From contig NC_067399.1 of the NCBI RefSeq assembly GCF_016432865.1, positions 374,108,001 through 374,172,000 on the forward strand: a stretch of 64,000 bases of DNA. The letters are read 5' to 3'. The position numbers and the translations under genes were made by a program. Below are positions 26,681 through 38,025 of the stretch, one piece after another (positions within the stretch are counted from its first letter, which is position 1; each line of letters begins with the position of its first letter). Below the pieces are notes generated by a model. The model ran no database searches. It was not told the DNA's origin and was given only the letters and a program-made list of their open reading frames with translations. This stretch comes from Antechinus flavipes (lineage: Eukaryota).

Positions 26681-26912
26681 CAGTGATTCTTAACTCAGTT
26701 TTGTGGTAGGAACCTTTTGACAGTCTGGTGAAACTTATGGATCCCTTCTCAGAATAACATTTTCAAATGCACAAAATAAAAAAACATAGTATTACTAAGG
26801 AAATTAATTACACCGAAACAATGAATAATTTTTCCCATCTAATTTCACAGAACCCCTGAAATCTCCTCATGAACTCTATAGGAGTTTGTGGAGTTCAGGT
26901 TAAGAGCTTCTG
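26681..26912 (+). mobile_element. Non-autonomous hAT-Charlie (MER-type) element
   Basis: CAGTGATTCTTAAC...GTTAAGAGCTTCTG imperfect TIRs, internal CAGTCTGGTGAAACTTATGGATCCCTTCTCAGAATAA, and nTnTAGAn-like flanks. Confidence 0.75.
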
Positions 26913-28939
26913 GTGTAGAGAGCCAAGCAGGTAGGGAAATAAAAGGATATATTTGGACATCAGAAGGCAGACCAAAAAAAAAAAAAAAAAAAAAAAGATG
27001 AGCAATTAGATGCAATTAGATAATTGGGATAATTTAATTTTTTCTAGATTGGCTTCTGTTACCTTTTGTTCATATTAGGAAATGACAAGAATGTACTAAT
27101 TGCCAATCAAAAACAACTGAATAGCTAATATCACTCTATCAGGAGGAAAGGGAATTCCACCACAAATAAATTAAGCTTCTGATTAGGATCTCTTAGGACC
27201 TGAGCCCCTATTGCAGTGAACACAGTTGGAAAAGGCAATTTGTCAGAGTAGTTAGCTGAAAAAGCTATCCAAAAGAAGTTTCATTTTTATCTACTTCTGG
27301 ATTTTTGTTAGTTTTGGTTAATGCCAAAAAGCACCTATGTATGCATGAAGTTCAAGCTAGTCTTTTCCTTAGGTGAAATTATTGGAAGACTTTAATTTTA
27401 CTTCCCAGATTATGAGGGGAAATAAGATTTCCCTTTGAAATTGTATAAAAAGTGCTTCCAGGAAGAAATAAAGAAGATAAAGTGAATGAAGAGTCAAAGG
27501 AGTAATTTTACCTATTCTGAGAGGTTGGGGAACAGAGGAAGGTAACATAAAGAAGAACTGGGAAACAACTATGAGGGCTGTTCCAATTTATTGAAACAGT
27601 TTGGAGACTAAAAGGAGGCTTCACAAAAGAATCAGATCAGCTTGTAAATGTTTAAAACAGCTATCCATATCTGTCAGTTCTTTCTATTTCCTAGGATGTA
27701 ATACACTGGGTCTTTATAAGCAACAAAAGAAAAGGATTTAAAAAGCTACCTGAACATTGGAAGTAAAGAGACAGAGGGAATAAAAGAAAGATACAACTAA
27801 GTTTGCAAATGACAAGGTTTCAATGACACTTCCACATTAGTGCAGTACCAATAGTTCTGTCAACTGGTGTAGCCTATACTTTAGAGCAACCCAGGCCTCT
27901 GTTTTACTGTCAAGAAAGGAAACAATCAGTTGCTTCAAGTAACTGGGGAGAGGGGCATGAATTTTAGAAGGAGGTATCAAAGTCTAGTTTAGCTAAATCT
28001 GATTGATTTCTCAAATCATGTTTCAGAAAGAGAAGCATTAGGGACTGAATTAAAGGAAAGGACTTGTATGTATAGGAATTGGAAGTGGACCTTGGATTTC
28101 AGTGGTAACTGAGCTCCCAAATGAGGGAACTTCCTCTACCAATGTATCTTGATACCTTATGTACAACTTCTAGAAATAGTTTCCTGGCATTCTGAAAGTT
28201 AAAGGTCACGTAATCGGAAGTAAGACTTTAAAGTCAGGTGTATTTAGATCTGCTCAATGTCCATTGTGCCATGGTGCATGAAAGTTTCCAGAAAAGGAGT
28301 GATGTTAGAAAAAAAAATAGTGTTTCTAGCACAGGCAATCTATTTCAAGGGAGTTTGGGTCTTAAAAATTAATGTTGGTTTTTTTTTTTTTTGGTTTAAA
28401 TTTATCTAGTATTTTATTTTTCCTCAGTTACATGTAAAAACAATTTTTAACATTTGTTTTTAGAACTTTGAGTTCTAGATGCTTTCCCTTCCTCCTTTCT
28501 CACCCTCCTCTCAACTGAGAATGCAAGCAATTTAATAAAGGTTATATATATATAGTTATGCAAAACTGTTGCTTTTTTAAAAAAGATTATCACTGATGCT
28601 ACAAATCAGATTTAGTCTCCTATGCCTTTTATTAGAATCAATGTTTTCTGACCCAAAAGTAAAGAGAAGAAAAATTGGTAGTAAGTATTGGAGTAAATAC
28701 TGGTAAAAATACTAGTATTCTAATAAGAGAAATTGTTTGTAAAAGACTGATATGGCTATAGGGGAAAACAAATGATTAAATAAATTTTTTAAAAAAGATT
28801 TTTATAGACAAGTAAAAGAGTCTTGTAAAAATAATATCAGAAGTACTGAAGCATGTATTATTTGAGGCTAGGTGAACAACCAACTAGCTGAAGCTAGATG
28901 AACACAAACAACGAAGGGTTAGTTTTGTTTTGATATTCT

Positions 28940-29330
28940 TTTTTCATGCTTTTTGGGGGAGCAATAAGAGGACCAAGGAGGGAATAGGAGTGTTTCTCAG
29001 GGGAGGGTTGGGTAATGATAACAGAAGATGGTGAGAAAGCAACTTTTGTTTTCTCTTCCAAAAAGAATGATTTTTGGGTAGGTATAAGGAAAAAGCAAAA
29101 ATAATCATGTAGTTGAAGCTCAAGCAAAGAGAAGAAATGGTTCTATTGCTTTACTGCTGCTCTGAATGAATTTACCAGGCTCAGATGAACTGCATCCAAG
29201 CATACTTAAAAAAAAACAGCTTTGCTGTGATCTCTTAGTCTCTATTGGAACTTTTTGAAAGATTGGAGACTAAGGAAGGTGACACAGGACTCCTTCAGGA
29301 GAGAAAATGCCTTGATTTTGAAATGTCATC
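28940..29330 (+). mobile_element. CR1/L3 LINE ORF2 fragment (next RT segment at about 33620-33760)
   Basis: CCAGGCTCAGATGAACTGCATCCAAG (PGPDELHP-like). Later GATTCATCAAAAACAAGATATG...CATTTCCTTTTTGGACAGG (GFxKNRSC...ISFFDR-like). Confidence 0.6.
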
Positions 29331-30186
29331 CCTATCCAAGGACCTTCTCATTTTCTCTCTGTAGTTAATTACTTTAGTCTCCTTCTCTCAAAGAGAATAT
29401 AGCTATATTGTCCTTTCCTGATTCTAGGGAATACCCTAGAGGGGTGATAGGATGGCATTTTTTCCAAAGCTGTTGGTTTTTGCCCCACTTTTTATGTTGT
29501 TCCCCTCATTTTTAGCTGAGCATACTTACTGTCCCATTTTCATTTAGTTAATGAAGTATCACTTACTTTTTATGAAGGGATTTTTACTTTACAGATAAAG
29601 CAAGATATACAACCTCTACCCCCAATTCATGGGGGAGCATGTCCCCCATACTACCTTTAACTCTGTGGAGAGGTTGCTCAGAATTAATAAAATTTTTCTA
29701 TACTGTTATATTTCCAGAATTCACTTTTAAATTCTGCATAGAAATTCATCTAGTGCTTCTCAAATATCACTGGCTTGAGTCTTTTTTGTTTGTTTTTTTC
29801 CCTTGGGACCTTGGGCTACAAATCCCAGCATGGACTCTACTCTGAGACCCCAGTTAGTGTGCTTATCATGATCTTTTGAAACTCATAAAGTCATAGCTAT
29901 ACCCAATATCCATCTAAAAGCAGGAAAGAATGGATCCTGCAGAGAGGAAACCTGAAATCTGCAGCAGGACTATGGGCTCTATGCTCCTAGCCCCAGGTAA
30001 GAGAGGAACACTGATTTCAATGGCTTTTAGCAACTACCGTGTTTCCCCGATAATAAGACACTGTCTTATTAATTTTTTGGACAGAAAAAAAACCACCAGA
30101 GGGCTTATTTTCAGGGGAGGGCTTATTTTAATGAACATTGACAGCAATTTTAATAAACAGGTAAATGTGAACAAAAAAAAGTACCT

Positions 30187-30897
30187 TTATTCAATAATGA
30201 TCACGTCATCTTCTTCAACAACATCGTTGTAAGTGTCCATACCCTGAATTCCATCCTGGATGTCTTGCGCCTCTATTTCCTTCAGAAGAAGTGGACCCAA
30301 TCTGTCATGTCCAGCAATATAGCTCTCTTTAAATGAACATGTCTTGTCCAGGTAACCTGCTTGTAGTGCCTTGGCGACACAGCTGTCAGTAATTTTATCC
30401 CATGACTTCTTCACCCAAGTCATGACTTCTTGCAGACAGGGCTTCACAAAGTTTCCACGCTGATTTCTTTCCATTCTATTTTCAATGTAGTCATTGACTT
30501 CCATGCGCAAATGGTCCTTGAATGGCTTGTTTATTGCAATATCAAGGGTCTGGAGATAGGCAGTCATTCCTGCAGGAATCATTACTTGATCTATTCTCTC
30601 TGCAAGGAAGTTCTTCATTTCTTTAGCACTGTGAGTGCTGGCTGAATCCCAGATTATCAGACCTCTTTGGTTACCTCGCATTACAAGTGGCAGCATTAAA
30701 TCAACCCACTTTCTTATAACGGCTTGTGTATACCAGGCTTTTTCAGTTTCAAGAACGTAAATGCCTGATACACGTTCAGTCTTATCTTTCTTGCCCTTAC
30801 TGATGATTAGAAGTGTGGCTTTCTTTCCATCCAAACGAATTGCCAAAACACAGGTGACCTGTGCACTTTCATAGCCAGTGGTGGGAATGTAGATTGA
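30187..30897 (-). pseudogene. Transposase C-terminal half (DDE_1-type catalytic domain)
   Basis: The frame continues SIYIPTTGYESAQVTCVLAIRLDGKK...IIWDSASTH...IPAGMTAYLQTLDIAINKPFKDHLR and ends in an acidic tail and stop at 30187. The second and third Asp are 34 residues apart. It joins the N-terminal ORF if one base near 30898 is removed. Confidence 0.9.
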
Positions 30898-31483
30898 CAG
30901 TTGCACCCTTGTGATGAATTGTTGTTTGAGATCCTTGTCCCATAAACACTGCAGTTTCATCCATAGCAATCATATTGCAGGTTTGGTACTTGGAAATGTC
31001 GATCCTATCAATAAAGGACTTGAATGCAAGTGCACGTTTAATAACTTCAGCATCTTCCAGCTTAAACAGTGTTGTTGATCTTCTTAGGGACAGTTCATAC
31101 CGTTGAAGGAAACCGTCCAACCAGTGTTGTGATGCTTTGAATCCTTCTGAGACCATTTCAAACTCTGGTGCCATTGAAAGGGCAAATGCTTGAATATCAG
31201 CCCTGCGCACAACCAAGGCCTTTGCTCTCCTGTCAGCAATCCATTCACCAATGAGAATCTCCAAGTCAGGATATAAGGGTTGCTGACCTGATCCAGACCT
31301 GTGCTTTTGCCCTTTTCCCTCATCCACCTGTTGATTGAGGTTATTATAATTTGCTCTCCATTTTCTGACCATTCGAAGATCCAAAAGTTTTTCTTTGCAG
31401 AAAACTGCAAGATTCTTGCCATGTGACTCTTCTACAATTGTTTTCTTGTACTCAACAGTATAGCTCTTCCTTTTTGTACTCAT
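30869..31483 (-). pseudogene. Transposase N-terminal half: Brinker-like DNA-binding motif, CENP-B-type HTH and first catalytic Asp (MDET)
   Basis: ORF MSTKRKSYTVEYKKTIVEE...LRMVRKWR...LYPDLEILIGEWIADRRAKALVVRRADIQAFA...FKASQHWLDGFLQRYELSLRRST...IAMDETAVF matches the pogo/POGK-type domain layout. The frame is lost after HKGAT (about 30898). Confidence 0.9.
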
Positions 31484-31564
31484 GTCTGGGGGTCAAAACA
31501 GGATAATAAAATTATGACCATCAGTCCTTTTCACTCTATCATGCCCCTCAATAATGTTTTAACC

Positions 31565-31645
31565 CCATCATGCTCCCTGAGTGCTCCTTCTATCCTCCAT
31601 CATGCCCCCTGAGTTCTTCTTTTATCCTCCATCATGCCCCCTCAC
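31565..31645. repeat. 32-bp minisatellite (about 2.5 copies) in the transposon 5' region
   Basis: CCATCATGCYCCCT recurs at 31565, 31597 and 31629, an exact 32-bp period. Confidence 0.8.
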
Positions 31646-34600
31646 TCCCGCTTACATACCGGGTTTTTATGTTGTCCTGCCTCAGCTCTCCTCCACGGCA
31701 CTGCTCTCAATGATGCCAGCAAGCAAATCACTGGGGAAGAACAGGATGACGCGCTCACTGCTGCAGCTCTGATTGGATGCAGCTCGGAGCGTGGCATGCG
31801 TTTCACCCGGGGTGGGAGGGGGGATGGTGCATACAGAGGGTACTGTAATGTAGTGTGTAGCGCAGGGGATCACCTTCACTACAGTTGCAATCTCAATAGG
31901 GTTTATTTTTGGGGGAGGGCTTATTTTAGAGGAATCTTACACAGTAAGGGGAGGGCTTATTTTCAGGATAGGTCTTATTATCGGGGAAACACGGTAATCC
32001 TTTTTCACCAATGGTAGAAAGTCCACAAAGAACCTCTACCAAGACATTGTCCCTGCCTGAATAGTGCCTTTAATTTTTTTCTCTACTGAATGCAATATTC
32101 AGCATAGAATCAATAGTTGAGTAGAAAATATATCAAGGAATACAAGGAAAAACATATAAAATAACAATATTTATTTTGTTATGCTCTATCACTCCTCTTG
32201 AGGCTCAGAAGACCCTCAATCCATAGAATCAGTCTAGACCCAGAAATTCTAGGAAATACACAATTTAAGTTTGTTCTAGTGCATTTTTGAATATACCTTA
32301 GTCCCAACTACCCAGCCAATCAAAAAGGCTCTTTTTTTTACTTTGTGTTTAGTATTTTAGAACCCAGTGGCTGAATGTTCATATTCTAAAGTCCATATGA
32401 GTATTTAATTAACTAGCACTTTGTAAATGCTCATAATGACTGAGCTCACTGGCCAATCCTAATTATGTCTTTTTGGTTTATTTTCCTCTACCCCCAAATG
32501 GAATGTAATTCTAAGTGAATCTCCAAAATAAAACGTAAGTTCATGTTCACATTTCTCCAAAGATAGGTAATAGGGTCTCCAGCTCTGAGTCAGGGTACCA
32601 ATATGAGCAAATGGGCATGAGACAGTCTTTATTACACTCACTTCAGAAAATGTATAAGATGTGACAAACTCATATGGTCCTATAACTAAAGTAGAAATGA
32701 GAAGCATTCAAATAGTCCATTACCTTCTACCTCTACCTGAAGGCAAAAACCCTTTGGGGACTGCCTAACAAGCACTCCCCCTTCTATCTTCCACCTACAC
32801 TGCAACTCATGCTAATATCATGGAGGGTTGACAAGGTCTGGATCTACTGGATCTCCATGTTGTTGCTCCAATTTTCCATCTGCAGAGACAATGTTAGTGG
32901 ACCTCTTCATTCTCTAAGGAGCACATTGTTGAAGGAGTCTTTTTCCTCCATTATCTCTTACTGGAACTCCAATATCTCTTTGAACTCTTAATCTTGATAA
33001 CTTAGCATTACCCATGAAACAATCCACAAGACTAGGAAAGCCCATTTCCAGGGATGGACTGTTCCATCAATAAATGCTCAGAAAGTAAAACTTTTAAGAA
33101 GAAGGTGGTGATTAGGAACTGTAGCTCCAGATACTTCCCTTTAAGCTTCATTATGTGCTGCTCTTGCAAGTCACCATTTTCCTTTCAGAGTTAAGAGAGG
33201 AGAAATCCCTTTATGTTCCCCTATTTGGTCAAGTCTGAAAATCTAAGGGAAAGAAAATAGACAAAAGGTATCTGTTTCATAGCTTGCTTTTGCAGACCCT
33301 AGGAAAAAGACGACTCTTGAGAAAAGTCTGTCTGTCCTTACTTTCAATCACCAATCAACTTGGAGGCAACCCTGGTTCCTGGGAATCAGAGGGGTCTCTG
33401 TGTTCACTCAACAAGTCCCACTTTATGAGAGATATCTTACTAATAAAAACCACTCTATAATCTCATCAAGTTGATTAGAGGTTTGTCTATGAAATTAATC
33501 TGGATCTCTCTGGATCAACATTTCCTAAAGAAAAAAAAAGGAAAAAGAAATCTCCATTTCTCCCCAAATTCCAGAATATAGTATTAAATGTATGTTTTTT
33601 TGAACATTTAGACAAGAAAAAAGTAAATACAAAGGGCTCACACAGATTCATCAAAAACAAGATATGTTAGACTAGCCGCATTTCCTTTTTGGACAGGTAA
33701 CTAAATTTTTAGTTCACAATAATGCTACATACATAGGATTATAGTATCATAGATTTAGAGCTTAAAGAGAACATAAAAAACATCTAGTACAATCCCCTCA
33801 TTTTACATATGAGAACTTGAAAACTAAAAAAAAAAAATGACTAAGAGACTTGTTTAGAATAACACAGCCAGTATGTGTCAAATTTGAGGCCAGGTCTTTC
33901 TGACTCTGAAGATAACTGTTCATGTACTATGCTACATTTATATTCTTAAAAAAGTGTTTAATTGAGTGTTTAATCATGCTATGATCCTATTAACTTTAAA
34001 AGGTAGGAAGATATGGACATCCATTGACCCTGGTAGCAGTGTCCATTTGAGCCATTTGCTCTAATGTCCAGAGCAGCCCTGACTTATGGAAACAGGTACA
34101 TTGTGAACTAAGAGACGTATTGAGAACAAACTAGACACATGGAAGAAAGAGGCTCAGGACTCAACAAGGGCATGATTTTCAGAATCTAGCAGAGAATTAC
34201 AGCCAACAGAAACAATGAGGTCTCCATGAAAGTACAAAAAGACTTCCAGAAATCAGAAACTTTTAGTTTAACCTTTGATCATATGTATTAAATTTTGAGC
34301 CCACCCAACCCAGGAACTTTGTGTGTCTAAGGAAAAAGTTTACCCCTCATTTTTACTATACTTCTAAGACAACTTCACTATATCATTTCAATAAATACCC
34401 TTTGCTATAAATGAGCTAAGATGCCACTTTGGATAGAGTACTAGGTTTGGAGTCAGGGAAATCAGAGTTCAAATCTAGCCTCGGGCATTTAATAGATATA
34501 TGCTTTTGGATAAATCATTTAACCTCTAAGTTTTGTGAACTGCAAAATTGGAATAATGAAAGCACCTATTTTCCAGGGTTGAGGTAAGAAACAAAATGAG

Positions 34601-34664
34601 ATAATATTTGTAAAATGCTTTGTTTTTTAATGCCTGAAACAGAATGCTACTTTTAAAACTAATT

Positions 34665-34777
34665 GCAGGAGGACTTGAGTTCAGATGTGACCTCAGACAC
34701 TTAACACGTCTTAGCTGTGTGATCCTGGGCAAGTCACTTAACCTCAATTGCCTCAGCAAAAAAAAAAAAAAAAAAAA
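34665..34777 (+). mobile_element. 5'-truncated WSINE1-like SINE with long poly(A)
   Basis: CAGGAGGACTTGAGTTC...CTCAGACACTTAACACG...CTCAATTGCCTCAGC followed by A19. Confidence 0.85.
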
Positions 34778-36974
34778 GTAATATATACAAAAAGCTAATT
34801 GTATACACTGTCTGATTGAAATGGGAAGCACACCAAATGGGGCTCATGAGCAACAATATTAAAATCTGTAGTGTTTTGCAGTTAGTTAGAAAACCCTGAG
34901 GGAATTCTTTCTACCACTGACTACCTAGCCTGCAATTTCATTGACACCTAGAAGAATGAGCCTGAGTGGTGAGGGTTGCGGGTGGTCCTGCGGCTATCAG
35001 GATAATAATAGCACCTACCTTACATGGTTGTAACAATCAAATTAGATGATATTTATAAAGCAGTTAACACATTCTTCCTAGTGCTATCCAAAAGCTTATA
35101 AAGGAGTTTTGAATGGAGTATTCATTTAGGTACAGGTTGCAATAGGTGCCCCTTGAGTTTCCTTCAAACTCTGAAATTCTATGATTTTGTTATCCTACTT
35201 ACTTATTTTATTGATGCAGAATCAAAGACCCAGAGAATGTAAGAACTGTGTCTCTAATCTAAGTCCTTCAAAGCTAGTGCTTTCTTTTACTATATCCATA
35301 GTCTCAGTCGATTGTCAGTGATTATCTACTCGGAATAAGCTCCTTTCTATGTTATATCATGCTTAATAAATGGTCAATCCAACTTTGTCAATAAGATCTC
35401 TAGCAAATGGGAACACACTATGTTTCTTTTTTTATTTTTTAAATTTGATTTTATTGTGTTCTTAGGTCCAAATTTCCCATTCTCACCTCTTTTCTATCCT
35501 ACTACTGAGAAATTAAGAAAAATAAAATCCACTCCAAATATGCCTAGTCAAACAAAACAAATTCTCACATTGGTCATGTTCACAAAACAAAACAAAAAAT
35601 AAGCCTCAATCTGCATTCTGAGTCTATTACCTTTCTATTTAGAAGCATGAGGCATGTTTCATTGTGAGTCATATGGAATTGAACTCATATCTTTTGGAAC
35701 AATGCAATCTACTTTTCAGTAACTCCAATTGTCAGAAAGTTTTTTTCCATGTACAAAACCAAAATCTGCAACTATTATCCACTGCTCCTATTTCTGTTTT
35801 CTGAGGCCAAGTAGACACTCCCAATATGTAAGTGTGAAAGCTGGAATTTGAAATTCAGTTGCTTAACTCCTAATCATAAATGTAGCACTTTTTAAGAATT
35901 ATGCTTCTCCCTAGAATGTGTATTGAGGGATAGATAAATTCCTGGATCTTAAGCAGCTTGGGATACACTAGATAGAGAAGTAGGACTAAAGTCAGGATAC
36001 ATCTGAGTTCAAATCTGGCCTCAGATACTTGTAAACTATGTGACTCAGTTTCCTTAATTATTAAGTGGAATTATTAATAGCATCTGTTTCCCTGGATTGT
36101 TGTGAAGATCAAATGAGAATGGTAGTAAATTGTTACACGAACCTTAAAGTACTCTATAAATGCAATTATTCTGCAGGATTAAAGTAAGAATTCCAAATAT
36201 GGTAATAATAATTATGGTAAGAGTAAAAATTTTTTTTTAGATATTTGGGGTCTAGAACAAGAGAGAGTAGAGTGATCAGAGGAATTAGATTCTTAATTTA
36301 TCAGAGGCAATAGAATAATTTAACTTCATGCTTCTTAATTTCATTAAAGGAAAACATGTTCCACTGAAATAAAATTTGAGAGAGTTGTCAATATTCCCAA
36401 TCAGACCACTCAGGTAGTTCTCCAGCATTGCTAAGCTTTAAAAATAGCATTTCCCTGCCTCCTTCCCACTAGGCCAGCATAGTGGTGAAGAATGTTGATT
36501 TGACTTATTTTACTACTGCTAAGGATTCTGGGGAGGGGAGGTTGGAGGAAGGGGGGGCCAGGAAACCAATTGTGTGGTCACTCTGTAGATCCAAATATGA
36601 CTTGAGAGACCAGTGAAAGTTGTCAGTATTCAGATTTGGACGGCTTTTGTCCCAATGGATGTCATAATCACCATCCTGATCAAAACAGTAGAACTTGTGA
36701 TTCAGGGAGAATCATTTATTTTTTTTAAGAGAGTGTTTTACATTGTATCATAGTTAGCAATTAAATTTTAAAAAATCACTTTATAGCATTCTTTTTTCTT
36801 TCAAGGAACTTTCACACTCAGTGTTTACTTTTGATAATCTCCGGGGGAAAGAAACATCAGGAAAGACTATGCAAAAGGTATGAATCTAAAGTTACCTTCT
36901 AGTTCTAGTTTTTGTTTCCTATTATAAAGGGTTTCCTATCTTTAACATTGTATCTTTGTTTTAAAGTCTTCTTG

Positions 36975-37100
36975 GGGAAGCTAAATGGTATAGTGTGATA
37001 GAACTTCAATCCTGGAATTAGAAGGACCTGAGTTTAAATATGACCTCAGACATTTAACACTTACTAACTATGTTACCCTAGACAAGTTATTTAACCCCAA
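36975..37100 (+). mobile_element. WSINE1-like SINE
   Basis: GGGGAAGCTAAATGG...GACCTCAGACATTTAACACTTAC...TTAACCCCAACTGCCTTGCCAAAAAG. Confidence 0.75.
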
Positions 37101-37496
37101 CTGCCTTGCCAAAAAGAAGTCTCCTCCAGCTCTGAGATTATTTTATTCGATCCAAGGGGTCATACCTCTCAGAGACCACCTACTCCACCCCCTCACTTGT
37201 TGGATGAGGAAAAATGAGCCCAAGGAGGTTGTGATTTGTTTAAGATCACACTCATAAAAGCATCGAAGACAGGATTTGGACCTGGTGCTTAGATCATAGA
37301 TCTAGTGTTAGAAAGAGAGGTGGAAAGAGTAGGAGAGCTTGGAGCTTAGAGGCCATTGAATCAAATCCCCTAATTTTATAGATGAAGAAACTGAAGCTGC
37401 GATTTACCCAAAATTTACCAAGGTAGTGAGACAGGTAGAACTTGAACTTAATTAACCCAATGCTCTTTTCATGTTGCCTCTACTCTATGAGTCAAT

Positions 37497-38025
37497 NNNN
37501 NNNNNNNNNNNNNNNNNNNNNNNNNNNNNNNNNNNNNNNNNNNNNNNNNNNNNNNNNNNNNNNNNNNNNNNNNNNNNNNNNNNNNNNNNNNNNNNNNNNN
37601 NNNNNNNNNNNNNNNNNNNNNNNNNNNNNNNNNNNNNNNNNNNNNNNNNNNNNNNNNNNNNNNNNNNNNNNNNNNNNNNNNNNNNNNNNNNNNNNNNNNN
37701 NNNNNNNNNNNNNNNNNNNNNNNNNNNNNNNNNNNNNNNNNNNNNNNNNNNNNNNNNNNNNNNNNNNNNNNNNNNNNNNNNNNNNNNNNNNNNNNNNNNN
37801 NNNNNNNNNNNNNNNNNNNNNNNGAGGAGAAAAGAGAAGGAGAAAAGAGAGAGGGAGAGGAGAGAGCAGAGAGANNNNNNNNNNNNNNNNNNNNNNNNNN
37901 NNNNNNNNNNNNNNNNNNNNNNNNNNNNNNNNNNNNNNNNNNNNNNNNNNNNNNNNNNNNNNNNNNNNNNNNNNNNNNNNNNNNNNNNNNNNNNNNNNNN
38001 NNNNNNNNNNNNNNNNNNNNNNNNN
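37497..38025. other. Assembly gaps (N 37497-37823 and 37875-38025) around a GA-rich island; further gaps at 50740-50895, 53597-53735 and 54307-54465
   Basis: Runs of N. ORFs spanning them are artefacts. Confidence 1.

Larger units (their letters stand above)
30037..31994 (-). mobile_element. Full-length pogo-superfamily (Tc2/Passer-like) DNA transposon with perfect 23-bp TIRs and TA target-site duplication
   Basis: Seen: CCGTGTTTCCCCGATAATAAGAC at 30037-30059 and its exact reverse complement at 31972-31994, with TA immediately outside both ends (30035-36, 31995-96) and a transposase on the minus strand. Knowledge: TA duplication and CCGT termini are typical of Tc2/Passer-type pogo elements. 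Confidence 0.95.

Noticed and set aside
30901-30969. Start of the 260-aa ORF as an independent gene
   Set aside because: The first 24 residues are an out-of-frame reading of the transposase upstream of the frameshift.
31581-32017. Short ORFs overlapping the transposon 5' region
   Set aside because: No recognisable domains. They are explained by the GC-rich, stop-poor sequence.
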